A stretch of 64,000 nt of DNA, from positions 800,001-864,000 of the forward strand of contig OY970332.1 in NCBI GenBank assembly GCA_963717435.1, given 5' to 3'. Position 1 is the stretch's first letter. Each line of letters starts with the position of its first letter. A program made the translations under genes and the position numbers. The notes under the pieces were generated by a model, which made no database searches, was not told where the DNA came from, and saw only the letters and a program-made list of their open reading frames with translations. Positions 49,765 through 58,759 of this stretch are shown piece by piece. Source of the DNA: an uncultured bacterium (lineage in GTDB: Bacteria; Babelota; Babeliae; Babelales; Babelaceae).

Positions 49765-50284
49765 ATTCTTCTTCTAATAAAATGTCTTCGATAGCCATTT
49801 GTTTACAACACATTAGCTTGCGCACACTTTCAGTTGCTTCTTGAACTTTTTGCAAATTCTCTTTGGTCCATAAGTTGCCCTTGGCCCATTGCATTATTGG
49901 GTCTACTGATTTAATTTTTTTACCGAATTGTTTCATCCAAACATAATTGGGAAATAGCCAAATATGAAAATGTGACGTGTCTTCTTCTTGTATAATATAA
50001 ACGGTTTCAACATCCAGGGCCTCTCGCATGCTTTTTCTGACTTTATATAAAAACTCTATAAAATCTTTTCTTTCATCACATGTAAATTCATCAATGCTCT
50101 GAATATGTCGTTTTGAGGAAATTATAATAAATCCTATTATGGGAACAGAATAGTCTTGCTGCGCTGAAAAATATTCTGTAGAAGCAATTGTTCCACCAAT
50201 AGTTTCGATTTCGCCACCCATTAACGCACAACTTATACAATCAATAATTCTATTATTAATTTGATTATTTTTATCTTTATGCAC
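49748..50284 (-). CDS. HIT family protein
   Basis: CISC, PIIGF.II.SKRH, HFHIWLFP. Confidence 0.82.
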   Translation of the reverse strand: MHKDKNNQINNRIIDCISCALMGGEIETIGGTIASTEYFSAQQDYSVPIIGFIIISSKRHIQSIDEFTCDERKDFIEFLYKVRKSMREALDVETVYIIQEEDTSHFHIWLFPNYVWMKQFGKKIKSVDPIMQWAKGNLWTKENLQKVQEATESVRKLMCCKQMAIEDILLEEEYEKRF

Positions 50285-50826
50285 TAAAAACTCCTAACAT
50301 ATCCCAGGTAACATGTAGAATCATAATTGTTTTTTATATAATTTGATTTATCAAAAACTAACTTATCTTCTATGAACCCTGATTTCAAGCAAAGCTCTTG
50401 GTGATGAGTATTGGCATATCTCACCATAATAATAACTTGTTTAATATTGGGGAATTTTTGTCTTACAAAATCTATATATTTATTACGAATTTCGAGCTCA
50501 ATATTTTTATATTCTAGATTTACTGGCAAAGTTCTAATTAAAACTTGTTCAGGATTTTCTAATAAATTAAAAGTCGAAAAACCCACAGGTTTGCTATTTA
50601 TATAAGCTAAAATTGCATGTAAGTTTTCTTGGTTTTTAAGAGCCTGTTCTGTCGAATTAAAAATTTTTTCTAAATAAGCTGCTGTATCACTTTTAATTTG
50701 TAGATTCTCTGAGGTTTTATCTTTATAAAGATCCAAAAAATAGTTCATAAAAATATCGCGACAGATTTTTATTTTTTCTGAACCAAGATCTGATTTAGTT
50801 ATTTCATGAATTTTCAAAAGTGTCAT
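50284..50826 (-). CDS. GNAT-like hypothetical protein
   Basis: LAYINSKPVGF, V..EY, N......LKSGF pattern. Confidence 0.6.
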   Translation of the reverse strand: MTLLKIHEITKSDLGSEKIKICRDIFMNYFLDLYKDKTSENLQIKSDTAAYLEKIFNSTEQALKNQENLHAILAYINSKPVGFSTFNLLENPEQVLIRTLPVNLEYKNIELEIRNKYIDFVRQKFPNIKQVIIMVRYANTHHQELCLKSGFIEDKLVFDKSNYIKNNYDSTCYLGYVRSF

Positions 50827-50966
50827 AATTTAAGTCTTAAACTTTATTCAAGCGTATATTCATTTGTTGATTTTAAAAACAACTAACTTTCTGTATTATA
50901 TATATAGCCGCTAAATTGTAAATTTAGATAAGAGTTAGTATCAATTAACAACAAGAAAGTTTATTC

Positions 50967-51248
50967 ATGAACCACAAGAATTTTATTTTAATGACTTTGC
51001 TGTTTGGTTTTAATTTAATCTCGGCTGTTAGGCCATCTTTGAAGGATGTAGAGAAAAATTGGAAATCTCCCCAAGCTGTGGATGATTACTGTGAAAAGAA
51101 AAATCTTAAGTCGAAAAACTTGGAAGTTGTCGTACTTTTGGCTTGTCTCCAAGTTTATGCCACATGTAATGCACAAAAAGAATTTGATGAGATTGCTGAA
51201 ATGTTAGATAAAGCACTTGGTGAAGCTTGGCATGATTTTTCTAAATAA
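50967..51248 (+). CDS. Small secreted Cys-containing protein
   Basis: Signal peptide; 93 aa. Confidence 0.6.
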   Translation: MNHKNFILMTLLFGFNLISAVRPSLKDVEKNWKSPQAVDDYCEKKNLKSKNLEVVVLLACLQVYATCNAQKEFDEIAEMLDKALGEAWHDFSK

Positions 51249-51285
51249 CTTTTTAAAATTATTTTTTAGGGGATTATCTGCCAAT

Positions 51286-51966
51286 ATGGAAAACTATAAA
51301 ATTATCGATCTTACCCATAAAGTTCATCCCGATATTCCAACCTGGGATCTTACATGTGGTTATTATGTTAAAACCATGCGTGACTATAAGCATTGTCCTG
51401 GTGAATTTAAATTTAGATCACAGGCCTTGGATATTCGTGCAAGTGCGGGAACGCACATAGATTCGCCTGCCCATTGTTTTGAGGGAGCCCGTGACGTAAG
51501 TGACATATCTATCAAAGAGCTAATCTGCCAATGTGTTGTAATTAATGTTTCAGATAAAGCTCATGAAAAATATAAAGTTTCTGTTGAAGATATCGAAAAC
51601 TTTGAAAAAAATTACGGGATTATTAAGCCAAGAACTTTTGTGTTAGTTAATACTGGCTGGTCAAAATTCTGGAACGATCCTGCAAAATATCATAACAATC
51701 TTAGATTCCCAAGTGTATCTGCCCAAGCTGCAGAACTTCTTTTAAAAAGAAATATCGCAGGACTAGGCATAGATACCTTATCTCCTGATTGCGATGAAAA
51801 AGGGTCATTTGTGCATAAAATATTGCTGGGCGCTGATAAATTTATTATTGAAAATGTGGCCAACCCACAAGAGGTGCCAGAGTTTGGAGCAGAGATATTA
51901 ATAATGCCGCTTAATGTTCAAGGCGCAGCAGAATCTCCAATTCGTTTAGTTGGAATAGTTAAATGA
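51286..51966 (+). CDS. Cyclase family (kynurenine formamidase-like) metal hydrolase
   Basis: IIDLTH, GTHIDSPAH, TGW, GIDTLSPD, H..LL...IIEN, SPIR. Confidence 0.88.
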   Translation: MENYKIIDLTHKVHPDIPTWDLTCGYYVKTMRDYKHCPGEFKFRSQALDIRASAGTHIDSPAHCFEGARDVSDISIKELICQCVVINVSDKAHEKYKVSVEDIENFEKNYGIIKPRTFVLVNTGWSKFWNDPAKYHNNLRFPSVSAQAAELLLKRNIAGLGIDTLSPDCDEKGSFVHKILLGADKFIIENVANPQEVPEFGAEILIMPLNVQGAAESPIRLVGIVK

Positions 51967-52125
51967 CAAATATTTTTACAAGTATAGATTTGCCAACTAT
52001 AACAACTTTTTGGGATATATTCAGGTTAAATATTTTGTAAAATAAATATAAATGCGATATTATTGTGTCTAGATGTGTTAACTAGTAAGAGCCAATATTT
52101 TTAAAACATTAAAAAGGATCTTTGT

Positions 52126-53712
52126 ATGGCAGTCTCTTTTCGTAAATTTGTTCCAGCAAGCATGCTTTTTTGGGTGCTAATAACTTTTGTCGGTGCTTTT
52201 TATGTGTACAACATAAAAAAGTACGTCTCTTTCGGGATAGATCTCGTTGGGGGTATGTATCTAACTTTAGAAGTTGATGTTGATAAAGCGGTAGAAAGCG
52301 AACTTCTTGATGAAGCGCGTAACTTACAGGCCAAATTAGAAAAAGATGGGATCTTAGTTCAGGGTAACGTAAGAATTGAAAATGAGCAGGCCATTTTGAC
52401 ATTCGCAGATTCTGCACAAGCGTTATCTGTTTACCAAAAATATGGCTCTTCAAAATCTGATGTAACTTTTTCAACAAAAGATGACCAAGTGATTATTTCT
52501 TTGTCTCAGCCATTAGTTGAAAGAATAAAAAGAGAAGCAGTAGAGGGTAATATTAGAGTTCTTCATGCAAGACTTGATGAATTTTCTGTAGCAGAAATTC
52601 CAATCGCGTCAGCAGGAACAAATAGAATTGTTATCGAACTTCCAGATGTTAAAGATCAGGATCAAGCAAAAGCAAGAATTGGCAAAGCGGCTTTACTTGA
52701 ACTTAAAGTTGTTGAAGATGCCGGATATAGTGAACAAGAATTGATAGAAAAATTTGGCGGAGTTTTACCTGAGGGCATGATCATATTGCCAGGCAAAGCT
52801 ACATCAAGACGTGGTGTTGATACTTACTATCTTGTGCCGAAATATACAGATTTAACTGGCAGACTTTTAAAAGATGCAAAAGTTGGTCTGTCTGATAGGG
52901 CTCTTGGCGTTCAACATGGTGTTAATATTACATTTAACACAGAAGGCGCTGATAGATTTTATGATATGACAAGAAAAAATGTTGGCAAGCCGATCGCTAT
53001 AATAATCGATGGTGTTGTAATATCTGCTCCTCGCGTAAGCGAACCGATAAAAGAGGGCAGCGCCATAATTACTTTTGGCGACCAAAGTTCTTCAGCTGAA
53101 TCGATTATGAAAGAGGCGCAAGATCTTGCAAATATGCTAAAATCAGGAGCATTTGTTGCGCCTGTAAAATTTGCCGAAGAACGTGTTATTGGTTCTTCAC
53201 TTGGGCAAGAATCTGTCTATAAGGGCTTCTTATCATGCTCTATATCTTTGTTGTTATTGTTCTTATTTAGCGTTATTTTCTATAAAACTGCTGGAATATT
53301 GGCGTTTATTGTGCTATTATATAACCTGCTTTTGATCTTGTTGGGCTTAATTTGGTTAAGAGCGACTTTGACAATGCCTGGTATAGCCGGAATGGTTCTA
53401 ACAATCGGTATGGCGATAGACTCCTCGGTACTTATATTTGAACGTATAAGAGAGGAACTTGGAGCCGGTGTTTCGATGCGTAAAGCTGTTGATACAGGCT
53501 TTAAAGATGCCATGGTTGTAATTCTAGATTCAAATATGACCCACTTTTTAGTTGGTGCAGTTTTATATCTATTAGGATCAGGCCCGATACAAGGCTTTGC
53601 GATAACCCTAATGCTTGGTATCGTATCGACGCTAACAACAGGTATTTTGTTATTAAGAACATTATTTAATTTTGCTCTTGATACATTAAAATTTGATAAA
53701 ATTAGTATATAA
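52126..53712 (+). CDS. secD: Protein translocase subunit SecD
   Basis: GIDLVGG, RI.IELP, AIIIDG.VISAP, LKSGA, TLTMPGIAG..LTIGMAIDS.VLIFERIREE. Confidence 0.95.
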   Translation: MAVSFRKFVPASMLFWVLITFVGAFYVYNIKKYVSFGIDLVGGMYLTLEVDVDKAVESELLDEARNLQAKLEKDGILVQGNVRIENEQAILTFADSAQALSVYQKYGSSKSDVTFSTKDDQVIISLSQPLVERIKREAVEGNIRVLHARLDEFSVAEIPIASAGTNRIVIELPDVKDQDQAKARIGKAALLELKVVEDAGYSEQELIEKFGGVLPEGMIILPGKATSRRGVDTYYLVPKYTDLTGRLLKDAKVGLSDRALGVQHGVNITFNTEGADRFYDMTRKNVGKPIAIIIDGVVISAPRVSEPIKEGSAIITFGDQSSSAESIMKEAQDLANMLKSGAFVAPVKFAEERVIGSSLGQESVYKGFLSCSISLLLLFLFSVIFYKTAGILAFIVLLYNLLLILLGLIWLRATLTMPGIAGMVLTIGMAIDSSVLIFERIREELGAGVSMRKAVDTGFKDAMVVILDSNMTHFLVGAVLYLLGSGPIQGFAITLMLGIVSTLTTGILLLRTLFNFALDTLKFDKISI

Positions 53713-53720
53713 AATTAAGT

Positions 53721-53797
53721 GGCGACGTAGCTCAGTTGGTTAGAGCGGCAGAATCATAATCTGTAGGTCCTGGGTTCGAATCCCCGCGTCGCCACCA
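53721..53797 (+). tRNA. tRNA with CAT anticodon, most likely elongator tRNA-Met
   Basis: GGCGACG/CGTCGCC + ACCA; loop AT-CAT-AA; paired 1:72 excludes initiator; Ile2 not fully excluded. Confidence 0.92.
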
Positions 53798-53848
53798 GTC
53801 TTCGCTTATCCGGGCCTTCCGGCTCGGCAAGCTACGCCTGGCGCAGCC
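53795..53848 (+). repeat. Type B hairpin starting at the tRNA-Met CCA, with an inner hairpin
   Basis: CCAGT-CTTCGCTT-AT[CCGGGCC-TTCC-GGCTCGG]C-AAGCTACG-CCTGG-CGCAGCC. Confidence 0.78.
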
Positions 53849-53882
53849 AGTTTTTTAAATGAAATTAACATAGAGCAAGACA

Positions 53883-53911
53883 GCCCGAAGAAGCCGTAGG
53901 CGCAGACGGGC
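53883..53911 (-). repeat. Degenerate type B hairpin in opposite orientation
   Basis: GCCCG-AAGAAGCCGTAGGCGCAGA-CGGGC. Confidence 0.55.
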
Positions 53912-54000
53912 ACTAAATAAGATCTAGAAAATTTTATATGGCCAGGAAGTTAATTTTGTATAAAAATATCTTAATTTAATAACGAAAGTAATTCTTGTTC

Positions 54001-54594
54001 ATGTTACCCGCTAAAATTAATTTTCCAACGGCTCTAACTCTGCTTCGCCTATTACTTTCTACGACAATTCTTCCAATAATTTTAGTCTTATTTTTGCCCT
54101 ATAATATTTTGGGGATTAATTTACTTCTTGCAGCTTTTTTTGCGCTTATCAGCTTTACAGATTTCTTGGACGGATATCTTGCAAGAAAACTTAATCAAGA
54201 AACTGATTTTGGAAAAATACTGGATCCGATCGCAGATAAGTTTTTACTTTATGCAACTCTTCTTTCTCTTGTTTATATCCACAAAATATATTTTTATTTT
54301 GCAGTGATATTAATTGGTCGCGAATTTTTTATCGCAGGACTGCGTGAGGCGGGCGGGTATATGGGAATAAAAATTCCAGTTTCTTATTTTGGAAAACTAA
54401 AAACTACTTTGCAAAATATTTTTTTAATACTAGCTATAGCTAATCCATATCAAGATTTGGGATTTTCAAGTCTGTTTAATATATCCCAGTGGGCATTTAT
54501 GTGGTTGGCAATTCTGACTTCTTTAATTTCTGCGTATATTTATTATAATGGTTTCGTAGAAAATTATTCTGTGCTTAAAAAAAAGGGTGACTAA
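54001..54594 (+). CDS. pgsA: CDP-diacylglycerol--glycerol-3-phosphate 3-phosphatidyltransferase
   Basis: TDFLDGYLAR...TDFGKILDPIADK, GRE...GLR, GKLKT. Confidence 0.93.
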   Translation: MLPAKINFPTALTLLRLLLSTTILPIILVLFLPYNILGINLLLAAFFALISFTDFLDGYLARKLNQETDFGKILDPIADKFLLYATLLSLVYIHKIYFYFAVILIGREFFIAGLREAGGYMGIKIPVSYFGKLKTTLQNIFLILAIANPYQDLGFSSLFNISQWAFMWLAILTSLISAYIYYNGFVENYSVLKKKGD

Positions 54595-56317
54595 TTTGAA
54601 GTTTATAGAACTAGCGAAACTGTTTTCAGAAATCGAAGAAACTAGTTCTCGCAATATCATAACACAAAAATTAGCAGATTTTTTTTCAAAGTGCTCATCA
54701 ACAGAAGCACAAATAATAACCTATTTATCTCTTGGAACATTAAGACCTCCGTATATAAAAATGCAGTTTAATCTTGCTGAAAAAACTGTAAAAAAAATTG
54801 TGGCAAGAGTTCTTGAAAAATCTATAGACTGGGTTGATGAGAAGCTTAAAGAGACGGGTGATTTGGGAGAGTTATTAAGGTCTCGTGAGAACAATAAATC
54901 GTCCTGCGAATTATCTATTACTGAAGTTTATAAAAAACTCGAAGAGCTGGAACTAATTTCTGGTGAGGGCTCAGTAGAAATCAGATCAGAGAGACTTTAT
55001 GATATTTTAAATTCTGTTGATAATTTATCTGCAGTATATATTGTCAAAATTGTTCTTGCCAAGCTACGCCTAGGCTTTTCTGATATGACAATCATAGACG
55101 CACTTTCTTGGATGGTTTCAGCTTCAAAGAAGTTTAGTGGAAGAATCGAAGGCGCGTATAACGTTTGCGCTGATCTTGGCCTGATAGCCTATACTATAAA
55201 AGAAGACGGGATCGAAGGTCTAGATTCTATCAAGCCGCAATTGGGAATCCCGATAAGACCTGCCGCTGCAGAAAGACTTCCAACGCCATCAGCAATTATT
55301 GAAAAGCTTGGTGATTGCATCGCACAGCCCAAACTTGATGGTTTCAGGTTGCAGGTACATATAAAAAAAATCCCCAATAGCAACAAACATGAGGTCTGGT
55401 TTTTTTCAAGAAACTTAATAGACATGTCAGATATGTTTCCAGATCTTGTTGAAGATTTGAAAGATCTTAATGTTGAAAATGTTATCTTTGAAGGGGAAGC
55501 AATAGGCTACGATGAGCAAACAGGAAGCTTTGCACCATTTCAGGAGACTGTAAAAAGGAAAAGAAAACATGACATTGAAGAATTTGCTTCAAGCTTGCCC
55601 CTAAAATTATTTGTATTTGATATTTTATATTTAAATGGCAAATCTCTTATGAATTTGACACATAGCCAGCGAAGAGAAATAGCCGTAAATTTGTTTAAGA
55701 ATAATAAAAATCAAAAAGTTTCTGTAATCGAAGAGAAAAAAATAACTACGGCAGAGCAACTTGAAAAATATTTCCTAGAAAATATATCTGCCGGATTAGA
55801 AGGGTTGGTTGTAAAAAAACCTGACTCGATTTATCAGCCGGGCAAAAGAAATTTTAATTGGATAAAACTAAAACGTCATGAGAAGGGCCATCTAGAAGAT
55901 ACTATCGATGCAGTTGTCTTGGGCTACTATAATGGTCACGGCAAGCGCGCAACTTTCGGAATAGGTGCTTTTTTGGTTGGAATTTATGATCCCAAAAATG
56001 ACAACTTTTTGACGGTTGCAAAAATCGGCACGGGCCTTAAAGACGAAGGCTGGGTAGAACTTAAATCTAAGTGCGACAGAATAATAACTAAAAATAAGCC
56101 ACATAATGTCGATTGCCCAACAGCTCTTTATCCAGATACCTGGGTTGACCCAGAAATTGTGGTTGTAGTACGCGCTGATGAGATAACAAAGTCGCCGCTA
56201 CATTCTAGTGGACTTGCATTAAGATTTCCAAGATTTGTTTCTTACTCTATTGATAAGTCGCCAACACAGGCTACAAGCTTGCACGAACTTAAGAGACTCT
56301 TTGAGGACCAAAAATAG
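54587..56317 (+). CDS. ATP-dependent DNA ligase with N-terminal DNA-binding domain (Cdc9/archaeal type)
   Basis: PKLDGFR (KxDG), FEGE, FDIL, EGLVVK, WIKLK, LRFPRF; N-terminal GDLG and LRLG. Confidence 0.93.
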   Translation: MTNLKFIELAKLFSEIEETSSRNIITQKLADFFSKCSSTEAQIITYLSLGTLRPPYIKMQFNLAEKTVKKIVARVLEKSIDWVDEKLKETGDLGELLRSRENNKSSCELSITEVYKKLEELELISGEGSVEIRSERLYDILNSVDNLSAVYIVKIVLAKLRLGFSDMTIIDALSWMVSASKKFSGRIEGAYNVCADLGLIAYTIKEDGIEGLDSIKPQLGIPIRPAAAERLPTPSAIIEKLGDCIAQPKLDGFRLQVHIKKIPNSNKHEVWFFSRNLIDMSDMFPDLVEDLKDLNVENVIFEGEAIGYDEQTGSFAPFQETVKRKRKHDIEEFASSLPLKLFVFDILYLNGKSLMNLTHSQRREIAVNLFKNNKNQKVSVIEEKKITTAEQLEKYFLENISAGLEGLVVKKPDSIYQPGKRNFNWIKLKRHEKGHLEDTIDAVVLGYYNGHGKRATFGIGAFLVGIYDPKNDNFLTVAKIGTGLKDEGWVELKSKCDRIITKNKPHNVDCPTALYPDTWVDPEIVVVVRADEITKSPLHSSGLALRFPRFVSYSIDKSPTQATSLHELKRLFEDQK

Positions 56318-56328
56318 TTTCAAAATTA

Positions 56329-56466
56329 AGATTCATACCTGGTGGTAAGGGCAGTCATATTAAATTGAAGAAAAAAGATTGTCCAACGATTATAATTCCC
56401 AATCACAAAGAATTGTCAAAAGGCTTGGAGCACGCTTTGATGAAGCTTTTAGAAGCTCAAAAATAA
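56329..56466 (+). pseudogene. hicA: 5'-truncated hicA toxin remnant (absent from ORF track)
   Basis: Translates RFIPGGKGSHIKLKKKDCPTIIIPNHKELSKGLEHALMKLLEAQK*; no ATG/GTG/TTG between upstream TGA (56302) and the GSH motif. Confidence 0.8.
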
Positions 56467-56476
56467 AGGTCAAACT

Positions 56477-56908
56477 ATGCTATATCACTTTAAGATTTAT
56501 AAAGAAGGCAAAGGTTATTGGGCTCAATGTATTGAGCTTGAAGGATGCTTTACTCAAGCTGATACAAAGGAAGAATTATTTTTGAATATGCAAGAAGCTC
56601 TAAATCTTTATGTCGAAGAACGATCAAATTCCAAGGATCTCGCTGCATTACCTGACAAAAATATAAAAATTACTAGAAATATTGTAAAGGTTCCATTAGC
56701 GCCTCAAGTTGCCTTTTCTTTTCTTGTCAGGTATTGGCGCCTCAAGTATGGGTGGACACAAAAAGAAGCCGCAAAAAAAATGGGTTTTGAAAATCTATAT
56801 AGCTATCAAAGATTAGAAGCCAAAAGATGCAATCCAAATTTGGAGATTATAAGTTTAGTTAAGAAAATTTACCCCGAATTTTCTGTGGATTTGGCTTTAC
56901 ATGTTTAG
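56477..56908 (+). CDS. hicB: HicB family antitoxin with C-terminal Xre HTH
   Basis: GYWAQC.ELEGCFTQADT.EE...N.QEAL; R...GWTQKEAAKKMG...YQRLE...NP. Confidence 0.88.
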   Translation: MLYHFKIYKEGKGYWAQCIELEGCFTQADTKEELFLNMQEALNLYVEERSNSKDLAALPDKNIKITRNIVKVPLAPQVAFSFLVRYWRLKYGWTQKEAAKKMGFENLYSYQRLEAKRCNPNLEIISLVKKIYPEFSVDLALHV

Positions 56909-57358
56909 AAAAATTTTTCTTTGCTAAGAATGTTGTCCTGAAAAATATTTATAATTCGATTTAAAAATAATTTTTTTTAAATTTTAAAATATTTTAAAAT
57001 TATACTTGCTTTTGGTTTCTAGTTTTTTAGTAAACTGTAGTTAAGCATACTGAAGCTGTTGAGTCACTTTAAAAAGGGTGAGTAGTTGTGGTACATCTTC
57101 AAGTTGATCGAGTTCTTCTGAATTCTGGTTTTTTGTTTTCTATTCCAAAGAAATATTTTTCTTCTCCAATTTTGTTCATGCCCGTGTTTAAATATTTTAA
57201 ATATGTACTAATATTTTCTCCCCTTAAAAATTATACCAATCTGTGCGTGGGACAGTCTGGGAAATACGGGAGTTTGGAGCGAATAATAAAAAAATACTAT
57301 TTTGAAAGTTTCACGATAAAACTTGTTGGGTACTTTTTTGTTAATCAGAAAGGTAAGA

Positions 57359-58759
57359 ATGGCTGCAGAAAAAATTTACGTTCTTGACACTAATGTCTTG
57401 ATTCATGATCCTCAATCTATATTCAGTTTTGAAGGGGCGCACGTTGCAATTCCTATTATGGTTCTGGAAGAATTGGATCACTTTAAGGCGGAAAATACGC
57501 AACGTGGAAGAAATACTCGCGAAACTGTAAGAATTTTGGACATGTTGCGCGAAAAGGGATCATTAAAAGAGGGCGTTAAGCTTGATAATGGCGGAACATT
57601 TAAAATAATCTTCCCAGAAGCTGGTATTAAGATTCCAGATTATTTAAAGCCAGATCTTATGGACAATTCGATATTAATGACAGCGATGTCTTTGAAAAGC
57701 AAGGGCTACGATGTCAGATTTATTTCTAAAGATATTAACGCGCGTGTAAAAGCTGATACGCTTGGATTACAAACGGCAGACTATCTTACAGATAATGTAT
57801 CCAAAGATCAGTTTTTTAAGGGCTGGATAACCATTCAGGTTCCTGCTGTTCAACTAAAAAAAGAATACCCTGATGATCTTGAAACTTTGCAAAAAGATTA
57901 TAAATTAACTCCTAACGAATTTATTATTCTTGAAAGCAAAAATAATCCGTATAATTATGCTCTATTTAGATATTTAAGTAACGGACAGTTTAAGCGTGTG
58001 CATGCTCCACATTTAAGATGGCCGTTCCAGGCGCGAAACGTTCAGCAGTTGATGGCTCTTGATCTATTATTGGACGATAGCGTCCAGTTTGTCTCTCTTC
58101 TTGGTGGAGCTGGTACCGGTAAAACTTTTTTAACTTTACTTGGTGCATTACACAAAGTTTTGATAGAGCACTCTTATGAGAAAATTTTAATATCAAGACC
58201 GGTTATTCCATTAGGACCGGATATTGGCTATCTTCCCGGTGACGTTCAGGAAAAGTTACATAGCTGGATGCAACCAATATATGACAACATGGATCTAATA
58301 ATTCACACCGCCAATGCAACTCCACACGGAACAGGGGAACCGCGACAACCAGAAAATGGCAAATTCAAAAAAAATAAATATAAGAAATTTCAACGTGAAG
58401 GCGTTGAAGGGCAGCCGCATATGTCCACACTTTACGATCTTATCAAACAGGGCAAAGTGAGTCTTGAAGCTATAACTTATATGCGTGGTAGATCGATTCC
58501 ATATCAGTTTATTTTTATTGACGAAGTGCAAAACTTAACCCCGCATGAAGTAAAAACTATAGTGAGCCGTGTCGGTGAGGGCAGTAAAATAGTACTTGCT
58601 GGAGATCCGTTCCAAATAGATTCGCCATATTTAGATTTTGCAAGTAATGGACTTGTTGTAACTGGAACCAAATTTTCAGGTCAGCCGCTATTTGGGACTG
58701 TGTTCATGGAAATTAGTGAACGTAGCGAACTTAGTAAGCTTGCCGCGGAGCTTTTGTAA
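57359..58759 (+). CDS. PIN-domain PhoH family ATPase
   Basis: YVLDTNVL (PIN), GGAGTGKT, GYLPG, YMRGRS, IDEVQNLT, GDPFQID, ERSELS. Confidence 0.92.
   Translation: MAAEKIYVLDTNVLIHDPQSIFSFEGAHVAIPIMVLEELDHFKAENTQRGRNTRETVRILDMLREKGSLKEGVKLDNGGTFKIIFPEAGIKIPDYLKPDLMDNSILMTAMSLKSKGYDVRFISKDINARVKADTLGLQTADYLTDNVSKDQFFKGWITIQVPAVQLKKEYPDDLETLQKDYKLTPNEFIILESKNNPYNYALFRYLSNGQFKRVHAPHLRWPFQARNVQQLMALDLLLDDSVQFVSLLGGAGTGKTFLTLLGALHKVLIEHSYEKILISRPVIPLGPDIGYLPGDVQEKLHSWMQPIYDNMDLIIHTANATPHGTGEPRQPENGKFKKNKYKKFQREGVEGQPHMSTLYDLIKQGKVSLEAITYMRGRSIPYQFIFIDEVQNLTPHEVKTIVSRVGEGSKIVLAGDPFQIDSPYLDFASNGLVVTGTKFSGQPLFGTVFMEISERSELSKLAAELL

Noticed and set aside
38758-52100. Integrative element or prophage at tRNA-Leu
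   Set aside because: No integrase, phage or conjugation genes, and no duplicated tRNA 3' end found by eye.
53721-53797. Initiator tRNA-fMet
   Set aside because: G1-C72 is paired and the anticodon stem lacks the three consecutive G-C pairs.
56379-56585. 68-aa ORF from the track as the hicB partner
   Set aside because: Wrong frame; the HicA motifs lie in another frame ending at 56466.
57088-57387. 99-aa ORF upstream of PIN-PhoH
   Set aside because: No recognisable motif, composition typical of AT-rich non-coding DNA, overlaps the PhoH start.
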